DNA of 64,000 nucleotides from Octopus sinensis (lineage: Eukaryota): NCBI RefSeq assembly GCF_006345805.1, contig NC_043000.1, forward strand, positions 28,892,001 through 28,956,000. The letters run 5' to 3'. The notes below the pieces were generated by a model. The model saw only the letters and a program-made list of their open reading frames with translations. It was not told the origin of the DNA and made no database searches. The translations under genes and the position numbers were made by a program. Shown piece after piece: positions 12,907 to 24,750 of the stretch. Numbering within the stretch: position 1 is the first letter of the stretch; each line of letters starts with the position of its first letter.

Positions 12907-13235
12907 AGATTATCTATTTCCAGGTAAGTGGGATGTGAGAGGTTGGGTTCCTCACCGAGGTAACAGAATAGCAACAGTGACGTAAAATGACGGGTGGATA
13001 ACGCCTACACACACACACACACACACACATACACACACAAACACTCCCACCCACAAAAAAACACGCAGATACATACACATACATATACATATGTATATGT
13101 ATATGTATATGTATGTATATATTTGTGAATATGTCTATATGTGTGGAATGTTTTTTACATTTTCCAGTAGCGTTCGTGTAATATATATATATATATATAT
13201 ATATTTGCAAGTATATACATATACATATATATATA

Positions 13236-13290
<55 letters not shown>

Positions 13291-13351
13291 TCATATATCA
13301 TATACACACACACACACACACACACACATATATTATATATATTATATATAG

Positions 13352-13740
13352 GTAAACAGTAAAAATAATTACAGACATGGACAAGAACATGAACACACCA
13401 CAGAGACGACACAAGAACCACAGGACGGACATTCGAAGCCCTCAGTCATCAGTCAAGAACCAGATCATCTTAGCAATTTCGGCTGATTAATCTGAGATTG
13501 CTCCGATATGGCCAGCCGCCAAGGGAAATCTAAGCCAAGCGCATTAGATCCCCTGGAAGAAAGCTTCGAATGTATACAACACGAGGACGGAAAACGAACG
13601 AAGTACACGAACAAAAATACAGAATACGTGACACCAATAAGAATACAAAAACGTAAAAACAATAACGGTAAAAATAAAAAATAAACAACAAAACAAAACC
13701 AGGACGTAGGACAAGGGTCTTTCGACAGGACGAGTTGAAT
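13352..13740. repeat. Probable interspersed repeat with internal inverted segments, between TA tracts
   Basis: cattcgaagc (13430) and gcttcgaatg (13563) are inverted, as are ggctg and cagcc. The A-rich flanks are bounded by TA microsatellites. Confidence 0.45.
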
Positions 13741-14244
13741 ATATATATATATATACGTGCGTGTATGTTTGTGTGTGTGTTTGTCTGTGTGTATGGTGTG
13801 TGGGGGAACAGAGAGAGACAGAAAAGGAGGGAAACGAAAAAAAAAAGACGACAAACGAGAGTTTGCAAAAGAAAGATAAGGGTGTGTGTGTGTGTGTGTT
13901 TGTGTGTGTAAGAACATGCGTGTACGTGCGTGCGTTTTTGCGCATGCGTGTGATTGATCGATAGATAGATAAATAAATTCTTTAAATTTTGTAATATTAT
14001 AGATGATCAATATGGTCAGTAATTGTAAAACTAAGATTATATAATGCTTTGTTTTTGTTTAATTTTTATCTTGTAGTTTAGTTTCATTGTTTTTGTTGCC
14101 CTTATTGTTGTTTCTTCTACAGTTTCTTCATAGCCCCGGGTCATCCTCGATCAAACAGAGCCATGATCCAAAGAATTCAAACTCTAGCCATTCAGTTTCT
14201 TTTGCTCACCCTACCCCCACCCATTTTATTCTTGATGAGTGTTC

Positions 14245-15033
14245 TTTTCCAATATATTTACGTATAAAACGATTATGAAATTTTACTGTTATTTCTAGCA
14301 CGCCATTTTACTACATAGAGAATTTTTCATTGGTCCGTTATTGAATGCAATTTTTTTTTGCCTTTCTCCAGTAGCGTTCGTGAAATAAAAATTGTAAAAC
14401 CATCTGTCAAAACTGGATTTCAGGTTCAGCTCGTGTCTAGTATAGAAGTTACCTCTGCCTCTATAGCACTTGTTGCGTGGAATATGATTGTAAATATTAT
14501 AAACTTCGATTTTAACAAGGTTACAGCATATGCGATTCGTTCAGTATTTCATCGTTTTATGAGCAAAAGTCGCTTGATTTTGTTTGCCATGCGCATGTCT
14601 GTGGAATTTCTTTTCTTCTTTTTTTCCATTTCATTTTATTTTTATATGTTCTACGCTGTATATTTTCCTATATACTTACATATAAAACGATTGGAAAATT
14701 TTGCACTTTTTTCTAGCAGACCAATTTACTACATAGAAAATATTTCATTGGTCCGTTATTTAAAAGAATTTTTTTTACATATTTATTTTTTTTTTTTTGC
14801 ATTTTTCCAGTAGCGTTTGTGAAACGAAAATTCTAAAACTGGATTTCAGGCCTAGCTAGTATCTAGTATAGAAGTTACCTCTATAGCCTTTATAGCATTT
14901 GTTGCGTAAAATATGACTCTAAATATTATAAACTCCGATTTTAACAAGGTTACAACATAGATTCGTTCAGCATTTCATCGTTTTGAGACCGAAAGTCGCT
15001 TGATTTTGTTTAGAACGCACGTGTCCGTGGAAT
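14245..15033 (+). repeat. Diverged tandem duplication, two units with period of about 420 bp
   Basis: 14245-14607 aligns to 14663-15033 (cattggtccgttatt, ccagtagcgtt, aaaactggatttcagg, ctagtatagaagttacctct, aaagtcgcttgattttgttt). Confidence 0.9.
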
Positions 15034-15319
15034 ACTAAGTCGCTAAGGAGTAAATAATTCAATTGGTTAAACAACTGAGAGATCACCGTTGAAACTGACG
15101 AAAGATTTATCACATTTCTATTAACAACAGCACAAACACAAATATAACAATAAGCAGCAATGCTGTCACCAAACAACACCCTAAGTGAAAGACAGCGCCG
15201 CTAATAGTGGCTTGACTTGCTAGAAATAGCAGCTAAATTTCCTTAAATCACACCTGCCATTTTAACAAAGGAAAGAGCCATTAGATAATATAATCCTAGA
15301 TAGAGAAGAAGACGGAATA

Positions 15320-15530
15320 CTGTTTTGGCACAAGGCCAGCAAGCTTGAGGGTGGGTTACGTCGATTACGTTGGCCCCAGTGGTCAGCTAGTGCTTATTTT
15401 TATCAAATCTGGAAGGATAAAATACAGCATCGACCTCAGCGGAATTCGAACTCAGAACGTAACAATGGACGAAATACCGCTAAGCATCTTATCCGGCATG
15501 TTAACGAATCTGTAAACCCGACGCCGTAAT
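15320..15530 (-). mobile_element. SINE family A copy (diverged)
   Basis: cgacctcagcggaattcgaactcagaacgtaac..gacgaaataccgctaagcat. Confidence 0.8.
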
Positions 15531-15594
15531 TCTATTTATACTAATATTATTAGATATATCGTTTTTGTTTTCTCCTCCATGCTTTCTCTTTCTC

Positions 15595-15775
15595 TTTTCT
15601 CTTTTACTTGTTTCAGTCATTTGACTGCGACCATGCTGGAGCACCACCTTTAGTCGAGCAAATCGACTCCGGGACTTATTCTTTGTAAGCCCAGTACTTA
15701 TTCTATCGGTCTCTTTTGCCGAACCGCTAAGTGACGGGACGTAAACACACCAGCATCGGTTGTCAAGCAATGCTT
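15595..15775 (-). mobile_element. SINE family B 3' half
   Basis: cttgtttcagtcatttgactgcgaccatgctggagcacc..cggttgtcaagc. Confidence 0.9.
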
Positions 15776-16049
15776 ATGTAACAAATTAAAACGAATTCCC
15801 TTTAAAATTATGTTAACAATATTACTGCTGTTTTAAATATTGCATCGCTCGAAGCAGGTCGCCAAGATGTACAAAGTTCTGTCCAGAGTACCGATCTATG
15901 TAACGAACAGCCACTCTTACACTCTCTTTCTCCCGCACACGCGCCCTTCCCCTCACGTACACACATGCACGCATTCTCTCATATTATCTCAATCTACCCT
16001 ACACGCACTATCTCCCCTCTCTTTCTTTCAATCTATTCGTTTCACTTTC

Positions 16050-16850
16050 CCTTCAACTGCACGGTTTAATTAATTTCGAAACCGCCTATTATTTTGGCAT
16101 CAGATAAAAATGTCTTTAACATGTATTTAACGTGTATTTAGAGAAGATTTAATATGTATTTAGCATGTAATTTATGTGTGTATTTAAGTTAATCTTCAAA
16201 GTATTCACCACTGCTCTTCTTTTCTTCCAATCTTAACAAGTATAATAAGCGACAATTGAAATTTATGCATTCGCATTTGTAATTTGGCAGAGAAAAATCC
16301 GTTATTAATTTCCTGAACAATGACTGAACAACAGTAATACTTAATCAGTTCAGCATCGATTGAAACTAAGTTTACAGCAAATATCCAACATAATTTTTAT
16401 AATTCTATTATTTATTGTAGATCAACATAGTAACAGAAAAAGCTTTGGTGCTTAGTTAAATTTCGAAACAGCAACACAGCATGTGTGTTGATTTGTCTCC
16501 AGTCATCTGGGACCCAGTTAAAGAAATTATTTCAACCAGTAGATGTTAGATAAACTTTTGTGATTAAGACTCGTTAAAATTCACTTCATTTAGTAGTTTT
16601 GCATGACAGGCACTTGGTGACAAACTTAAATTAAGATAATTCTAGTAAACACGGCTGAACCTGAAAGACAATATTTGTTCAATTAAGTTTCTTAACTCGT
16701 ATCGTGATGAGGATTCTTAACAAACTAAAATCTTGGAGATAATTACTAGCTTAAAACCAAACGATATTTCAGATCTGAGCACATTCTTAATCACTTCATT
16801 TCTCAAGTACACTCAAGCATGCACCATTATATGTTACAGTTCTGTTATCT
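16050..16850 (+). repeat. Local duplication, copy 1 (partner 20335-21420)
   Basis: About 265 bp (16064-16329) is identical by eye at offset 4285, followed by progressively diverged homology. Confidence 0.9.
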
Positions 16851-16994
16851 GAAATTATTTGCACCCTTTGATTCTACTGTATCTAACATCCTTCTTTTTT
16901 TTTTTCCTTATCGCATGAATTTAAGATCTTACTGTTATTTATAACTAGCAGAATCGTTAGAAGATAAGAAAATGCTTTGCAATATTGGTATCGG

Positions 16995-17214
16995 TGGAGG
17001 CACATGGCCTATTGGTTAGAGCAGCGGACTCACGGTCGAGGGATCGCTGGTTCGAATCTCAGACCGGGCGATGTGTGTGTGTTTTTATGAATGAAACACC
17101 TAAGCTCCACGCGGCTCCGGCAGAAGGTAATGGCGAACTTCTGCTGACTCTTTCGCCACAACTTTCTCTCACTCTTTCCTCCTGCATCTTGCAGCTCACC
17201 TGCGACGGACCGGC
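16995..17214 (+). mobile_element. SINE family D copy, 3'-truncated into GTA/GTT/CTT microsatellite
   Basis: Head and body as at 10348-10610. Confidence 0.85.
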
Positions 17215-17739
17215 AGTAGTAGTAGTAGTAGTAGTAGTTGTTGTTGTTGTTGTTGTTGTTCTCTTCTTCTTCTTCTTCTTCTTCTTCTTCTTCTTCTTCT
17301 TGCTGTTGTTACTCTGCTCGAGTCAGTTTTGATTGAACAGAAGTAAGTAGTCAATCAGAAGAGTATGTGAAACTCACCACTCAGTAGAGAATCATACTGC
17401 ACGATCCATCACGCGATGCTTTATCATACGCTGTAAATCGCGGTAGTATGGGTAGGTTCCTTTGTATTTTCTACTGAACAGTCTACTTATGTACGTTAGT
17501 AAGTTCCCACAGAGATCAGACCTTAAACGCTGTTGTTCACTGTACATACCATTGTTGATATCAATGGGATTGCTCTCAAATGCTAAACAGTGTTGTTGAA
17601 TAGAATGGCTATTTTTATGTCTGGTTGCTTTTCTCTGAGGCTTTTTGTGTGCTGAGTTGAAGGGATAAATTTCTTTAAATAGTGTTGCAGTAGTGTTCTG
17701 GAATCGGTAGATTCTTTTTATTAGTTTGATCCGGAGAAA

Positions 17740-18140
17740 ACTGTGGTAAGTAGCTTGCTTACCAACCACATCATTCCGGGTTCAGTCCCACTACGTGGCA
17801 CCTTGGGCAAGTATCTTCTACTATAGCTTCGAGCCGACCAAAGCCTTGTGAATGGATTTGGTAGACGGAAACTGAAAGAAGCCCGTCGTATATATGTATA
17901 TGTATATATATGTGTGTGTGTGTGTATCTGTGTTTGTCCCCCCCCCCCACATCGCTTGACAATCGATGCTGGTGTGTTTAGGTCCCTGTAACTTAGTGGT
18001 TCGGCAAAATATACCGATAGAATAAGTACTAGGCTTACAATGAATATGTCCTGGGGTTGATTTGCTCGACTAAAGGCGGTGCTCTAGCATGGCCGCAGTC
18101 AAATGACTGAAACAAGCAAAAGAGAAAAAGAGTAAAAGAG
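17740..18140 (+). mobile_element. SINE family B copy
   Basis: Family body and tail. Confidence 0.9.
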
Positions 18141-19341
18141 TAAGCCCTTTGCAGCCCCCCCCCCCGACCAGTGAGATTGAAGCGCTGTTAATACTCCTGT
18201 TGGACAGTGGCAAGTAGATACTTGCTGTAGGAAAAACATGAGAGGAAATTCCAATGGCCAACGTCTCATGGAATAAAGCCTGAACGAACTGATTTGTACT
18301 GAACCTGGAACTACAAATATGATATCGAGGATACGAGGAGAGATGAGGTGGAAAATGGGGTTGGGATTATTTTTATAGGTTTAACTTAAGACCAGCCGAC
18401 ACTAAGGAACAGAGGATATTGTACTAGAGGTGAGAAAGGGAACTGAGATGACTGAACGCAGCTGATTGGTTGCTGATGATTAGGCTCGGCTAACTGGACA
18501 TTCAGCCTGTTTCGGCGACTGTATTTCTTGGCACAAGAGGCAAGCACGCGCGAGCGCGCAGAAATATTCACAAACAGATAGAAAGAGTGAGAGAGTGAGA
18601 AAGGGTGAGAGGCTTTAGACTTGAAAACGATTTGGCTTTCCTCCTTTCCTCCAACTCATAAAGAGAAATATGTTCACACATTAATATGGAGAAAATGAGA
18701 GACACAGTAAACATCAATGTGAAAGACGTCAGCATCGAATCAGTGACACCAAGTGAGAGCGCCGAAACAGTTGTGTCAAAAGTCTCGTACCCGAAGAAAT
18801 GGTGGAAGGGGAAAACAGCGTGTCTAAGGATCAGAAGCTGAATATCATGAACATAAACTACTTAGAGAACTAAATTTTCCTTTTACTTGGAGAAAAAAAT
18901 TAGAGAAAAACATGTTGGAGACAAAAATTCTTTGCCATTTTCACAAAAAAGGGAGATAATTTCAAACAATTAAAAATTAATTCCAGAGAAAAGCGAAACT
19001 TTAAGATTAACGGGAAATTCTTACAGTTGTTAGCAGGCGAACTGGCATTTTGACCACTACACACATATTTCAATCTGATTAAACCTTATCAGCAACCTAC
19101 TGTCTACTCAAGTTTCTTATGACTAACGGACAGAGATTGTTTTCTTTATCACAAACAGAAAAAAGAGTTACGTAGGTAGAAAACTTCTATGGCTTGAATA
19201 ACAAAGATTCTCTAAGAGCAAACATTATTTCATAAAGAATTTTTGTGTGTAGGTCATTCGGTGCATCTACCTCAGTCTGATTATATACGTGAGGGTGTTT
19301 ATGCACGAATCTGTGTTTACATAGTCGTGCGTAGGAATGGG

Positions 19342-19379
<38 letters not shown>

Positions 19380-19539
19380 TGTGTGTGTGTGTGTGAGCAT
19401 GCGCTATTCTTGTTATTGAACTTCTTTTCCACAGGTATATCATGCTACTTCTAATTCACTTTCTTTATCTCTGCATCTATAATAATTCATTTGTAATACT
19501 TTTATGCACATAGAAACCTTTTATTCTCTCTCTATCTCT

Positions 19540-19806
19540 CCCCCTATATAGAGACATATATAAATATTTATATATTTATATATATGTGTATGTGTGTATG
19601 TATGTATGTGTATGTATATATATTTAAATATATATACATATATATATATGTATATGTATATATATATATGTATATGTATATATATGTGTATATATGTAAT
19701 TATATATATGCATATACCTATGTGCATATGTACATAGATAGCTAGATAGATAGATAGATAGATTAGAAGATAGAGATAGATAGATAGGAGAGAGAGATAG
19801 ATAGAT

Positions 19807-19837
<31 letters not shown>

Positions 19838-19969
19838 TAATTGGGCAAAATTTAGAGTGTGCATATACTCATATTAAGAGAGATCACTTTCGTTTCTTTC
19901 ACGATATATATATATATAAATATATATATATATACCACACAACACACACACACACAACCACACACACAA

Positions 19970-20011
<42 letters not shown>

Positions 20012-20038
20012 CGTACATATACCCATACATATGTATAC

Positions 20039-20088
<50 letters not shown>

Positions 20089-20090
20089 TT
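19540..20090. repeat. Compound TA/GATA/CA microsatellite
   Basis: Direct inspection. Confidence 0.95.
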
Positions 20091-20334
20091 CATCATCTCT
20101 CTTTCTCTATTTTTCCCTTTCTCTCTCTTTCTCCCTTTGTCTGTCTCTCTCTCCCCTCTCTCTCTCTCATGCTCTTCCTTTTACTAACAATTTATTCCTT
20201 TCTCTTTCTTTTGTCATTCGTATATTCTCATACACTTACACTATCTTTTCTCCTCTTATCATCCTATTCGCTTACTTTATCCCCCTCTCATCCAAGCTCC
20301 TTTCTTTCAATCTATCCAGCTCGCTTTCCTGTCC

Positions 20335-21420
20335 TTCAACTGCATGCTGTTTAATTAATTTCGAAACCGCCTATTATTTTGGCATCAGATAAAAATGTCT
20401 TTAACATGTATTTAACGTGTATTTAGAGAAGATTTAATATGTATTTAGCATGTAATTTATGTGTGTATTTAAGTTAATCTTCAAAGTATTCACCACTGCT
20501 CTTCTTTTCTTCCAATCTTAACAAGTATAATAAGCGACAATTGAAATTTATGCATTCGCATTTGTAATTTGGCAGAGAAAAATCCGTTATTAATTTCCTG
20601 AACAATGACTGAACGATAGCAAGACTTAATCAGTCCAGCATCGATTGAAACTAAGTTTACAGCAAATATCCAACATAATTTTTATAATTCTATTGTTTAT
20701 ATAATGTATTGTAGATCAACATAGTAACAGAAAGACGGTTTGGTTTGGTCCTTAGCTAAATTTCGGAAAAGCAACGACGTATGTGTGTCTGGAACTGAAG
20801 GAACAGTATCTTTCTACCAGCAAACAGAAGACAAACGTTCGTCATGAACATTCTTTTATTCTTTTATTCTTTTATTTGCTTCAGTCATTTAACTGTGGCC
20901 ATGCTGGAGCACCGCTTTTAGTCTAGCAAATGGACCCCAGGACTTATTCTTTGTAAGCCTAGTACTTATTCTATCGGTCTCTCTTGCCGAACAGTTAAGT
21001 GACGGAGGCGTAAACACACCAGCATCAGTTGTCAAGCGATGTTGTGGGGACAGACAACGACACATAAACATACACACACATATATATATTATCCGTTTCC
21101 GTCTACCAAATCCACTCACAAGGCTTTGGTCGGCCCGAGGCTATAGTAGAAGACACTTGCTCAAGGTGCCACGCACTTTCGTTAAAGTTTACTTCATTTA
21201 GTGATTGTCTTTGAAAGGACTTGGCAAAATTGTTACTTAAAGTACTATAATTCAGTAAGAATGGTGGAATCTGTCTGAGCACATGATTTTACATAATCTT
21301 GTACACCAAATGCAAAGACGAAATTATTTTACAGGTAATTGCTAGCTTTCATCAAAAACATATTTCTGATCTGAGCACATTGTGCACCATTTTAAGTCTT
21401 AAATGTTGAGTTATCTTCAT
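20335..21420 (+). repeat. Local duplication, copy 2, interrupted by a SINE B
   Basis: Matches 16050-16850. Homology resumes after 21176 (tcgttaaa..acttcatttagt; atatttc.gatctgagcacatt). Confidence 0.85.
20860..21176 (-). mobile_element. SINE family B copy
   Basis: Family body on the minus strand, absent from the paralogous copy near 16570. Confidence 0.9.
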
Positions 21421-21554
21421 CTGTAATTTCACATTCTGAGAAATTGGAGTAGATTCTCTAAGACTTCTTCATTCGACTATAACTACTCTTCTTACTAGTA
21501 GCTGCATCTTCATTTCTGTTATCCCTAAAACGTTCTCTTCAAATTTTGTCACGA

Positions 21555-21712
21555 GAAAGCAATCTTGGAGGAGTTTAGTCGATTACATCGACCCCAGGGA
21601 TCGACTGGTACTCATTTTATCGATCCCGGAATTTGAACTCAGAACGTAAAGACATACGAAAAGCCGCAAAATATTTTTTCCGGCGCGAAAACGATACTGC
21701 CAGCTCGCTATC
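21555..21712 (-). mobile_element. SINE family A fragment
   Basis: gtcgattacatcgacccca..ggaatttgaactcagaacgtaaagac..ctgccagctcgc. Confidence 0.75.
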
Positions 21713-22306
21713 TTTGTTGTCTCTATAATGTTATCAACTAGTTTTATACCTTCTTCCGAGCCTCTTTTTTCCTGGAGATTCCCCAGTGACCAACAGGTTT
21801 TGTAAGCTATTTGCCTTCATAACGTGCCCAAATTATTAAGAATTTTGCTTGTCTATTTCTTTTACATGGCTGGAATCAAGTACAATTAGGTCCAACCAAA
21901 CCTTATTGGTCTTTTATTCTTTGCTGTGTTCTATAACACCAAACTTGGAAACTTTTCACCGGTCAAGCATCCAGAGCCATACCTTGTTATTGACAATATC
22001 AAGACCTTCAGCAATCTCAGCTCGGTCTTTTACGTATTGACGTATTTCCAAATGTGATGTAAAGAGTCAACAGAATGTTTTCCTGCTGCATTTCTTTTTA
22101 TCTATTTCCATTTATTACATTGATTAATAATAATGCTTCCAACATATCAAAACTAATTTACCACATTGACAGTTTCAATATCAGTTATTATAGGATTACC
22201 TAGATCCTTCGATACACTAAAGTCTAACTAAATATTGAACTATACTCTCCACATTATTTACATTATTTACATTTGATGAATATTTGTCCTCATCTTATTT
22301 GTTGTT

Positions 22307-22352
22307 AACACAACGTTTCGGCTGATATACCCTCCAGCCTTCATCAGGTGTC
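22307..22352 (-). ncRNA. Minimal type I hammerhead ribozyme motif (PLE type)
   Basis: GACAC-CUGAUGA-A-GGCUG-gaggguauau-CAGCC-GAAA-CGUU-GUGUU. Stem I is GACAC/GUGUU, stem II is GGCUG/CAGCC, and palindromic AACGUU replaces stem III. Confidence 0.8.
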
Positions 22353-22538
22353 TTGGGGAAATTTCGAACCTGGGATCTCATTCCTTAGGTATTTTTCAAT
22401 GTTGTTATTATTATTAATATTATTATTATTATATTATTATTATTATTATTTTTATTATTATTATTATTATTCAGGTTACTGCCTGGAGTCGAACTCGGAA
22501 TCTTGGGGTTAGTAGCTCGCGCCATATGCCCCGGGCAC

Positions 22539-22575
<37 letters not shown>

Positions 22576-22623
22576 CCGAAAAAATACCTTAGGAATGAGA
22601 ACCTAGGTTCGAAATTTCCCCAA

Positions 22624-22668
22624 GACTCCTGATGAAGGCTGGAGGGTATATTAGCCGAAACGTTGTTA
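22624..22668 (+). ncRNA. Hammerhead motif in inverted tail (stem I damaged)
   Basis: gactc-CTGATGA-A-GGCTG-gagggtatat-TAGCC-GAAA-CGTT-gttaa. Confidence 0.65.
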
Positions 22669-23714
22669 AACAAAATGAGGACAAATATCCGTCAAATGTA
22701 AATAATGTACATAATTCCTCATCTCTTAAATATAGAACTGTATGCTCTCCCCATTTTCCTTTCATTTCCTTCACCAAAATCCTCGATTCTTCTGACCTAC
22801 AAGCAATATTTGGGGTTAGTAGCATTTTTTGGCATCACTGCTCATAATTTGTCGTTTGTTTTGCATAATTTCATAGTTTTCTTCTTTCTTCCTTTTTTTA
22901 GAAGGATCATACAAACATTTATCAGCGCAATTATCTCCCTTCCTTTTAAATTGCATTATTTCAGCCATGTTATCAATAGGATTTTAAACTCATTTAATCC
23001 AATGAATCTGCCGTAAATTTGTATTCCACATTTTTATGCACAGACAACGTAAATAATTTCATTAATGCTTCTTCGCCATTTTTCTAAAGCTCTGCACTTT
23101 GTCAATCTGCTTCAGGACTTTCGTTCTTTCTAAACTTTTCACAGCTTATCTTTTTACATCAGACGTTAGCAGAGGAGGCTCTCTTTCAGCAAACAATTTT
23201 CTGTGATCACTTTGATTACTTTCAGTTTGATCAGCATGTTTTCTTTTCGTATTAATTGTAGAAGAATTCTTTCTATTTTTCCTTTATCACTCCCTTTTTT
23301 ATAAACCATATCACCATCTTTGTCTTTGATAAGATCATTTCTTGGTACAAATGTTCTTATTATTAGCTTCACTGCTTTGCAAATATCATCCATACAACTT
23401 GCTGTTGATTTTTCTTCAAACTCATAAAAAATTTAGTTGATGATTTCACGTTTGTCTTTTTCTTTCCACGGTTTGAATTTCACAACTCGGTTCATATTCT
23501 TCTCAAGATTGAGATGTTGTAATACCAGTGCATTTTGCAGATCTTTCTTCGGTTTTATCTAATGTCTTGGCTGTTATCCACTTCAACCAGTTTTTCTTTT
23601 ACCATTTTACTAGATAATATTCTTGGCGCTACACTCAAATCATTTTATTCTTGAAGCACACATTCTCTTCTTCTCTACCGTATATATATTATATATATAT
23701 ATATAATATATATA

Positions 23715-23745
<31 letters not shown>

Positions 23746-23846
23746 GGTATGTATGTATATTGCTATAATTGTCTATTTAAAAAAATAAATAGAATAATAT
23801 AATGCAACATGAATACCAACGCTTGATCCCTTCCATTTTCTTATTG

Positions 23847-23922
<76 letters not shown>

Positions 23923-24444
23923 AAGTCTGAAGAGAACGAGTAACCCGAAACATCGAAGTCGTTGTCAATCATTTCCTTGTAAAAGTTTGACAAGATTGTA
24001 CTCCACCAAATGTTTTGAGTAATTCTTCAGTTTCTTCTTGAGTTTCTGTTATATATAATTTGACATAAAGACAAACATTAATATACATATATAAATTTAT
24101 GGTGTTGACGTCATAACAATTTGGAAACTTCGGTAACGCGAAATAATTCATTTTGGAACGGTGATCTCGAAGTAGATAAAGCTTTAAATAGTAGCTTGTA
24201 AATACTGCATTCAAAGACTCTTTGGATAGAAAAGGGTCGATTACTTCCCTGTTACCGAGAATAACTAACCGCTTTTCTTTCAGCTATTTTCAACCACATT
24301 CAAAACAATATGTACTTAGTGGAATCCCTTTCATTTACTAACTATAAAATCTTCAATTTCTGATTCCTAAAAAGGTAGTTCATTTTTTCTGATTTTTCAA
24401 TCAATACTCTTTGTAACTGCCATTATTTCGTATTTTTATCTGAG

Positions 24445-24750
24445 TTACCAGATGAACCGGCATCGCGGTAGGATGCACAAAGGAAAGCAACTCCTTCCAA
24501 CTCGCTACTTCATCAGAAACGGTACAGAAGAGAAACTCAACACACTGAACGGCGGTGCCCGAGCATGGCCTCGTCCCCTGGTTGAAACCTGTAAAAGTTA
24601 AAGATAACTTTGGAGGCGCGTGGCTTAGTGGTTTTGGTGTCAGCTTCATGATCGTAAGATTGTGATTTCGATTCCTGGACCGACGCGTTGTGTTCTTGAG
24701 CAAAACACTTCATTTCACGTTGCTCCAGTCCACTCAGTTGGCAAAATAAA
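24445..24750 (+). mobile_element. Fragments of two further SINE families (tail resembling family B; tRNA-like head F at 24612-24750)
   Basis: ggcggtgcccgagcatggcc..gttgaaacctgtaaaag, then ggaggcgcgtggcttagtgg..ttcgattcctggacc..gtgttcttgagcaaaacactt. Confidence 0.65.

Larger units (their letters stand above)
22251..22740 (-). mobile_element. Hammerhead-bearing tRNA-headed element (family H), copy 1, with inverted tail duplicate
   Basis: Tail 22251-22400 (minus), (AAT)n, tRNA-like head 22471-22536 (minus; B box GTTCGACTCC), (AAT)n, then an inverted tail at 22575-22740. Flanked by tatactctcc (22241) and tatgctctcc (22741). Confidence 0.85.
21720..23680 (-). pseudogene. Decayed RTE-clade LINE, interrupted at about 22251-22740
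   Basis: Minus strand FGHVMKANSLQNLLVTGESPGKKRLGRR (RTE C-terminus) near 21750-21830, and LIKDKDGDMV.. upstream. Confidence 0.65.

Noticed and set aside
17392-17769. 125-aa ORF
   Set aside because: It starts inside a SINE B and at best resembles a decayed RTE-type C-terminus. Too weak to call.
23925-23965. CTGAAGA...CGAAAC hammerhead-like words
   Set aside because: No convincing stem II or stem I pairing.
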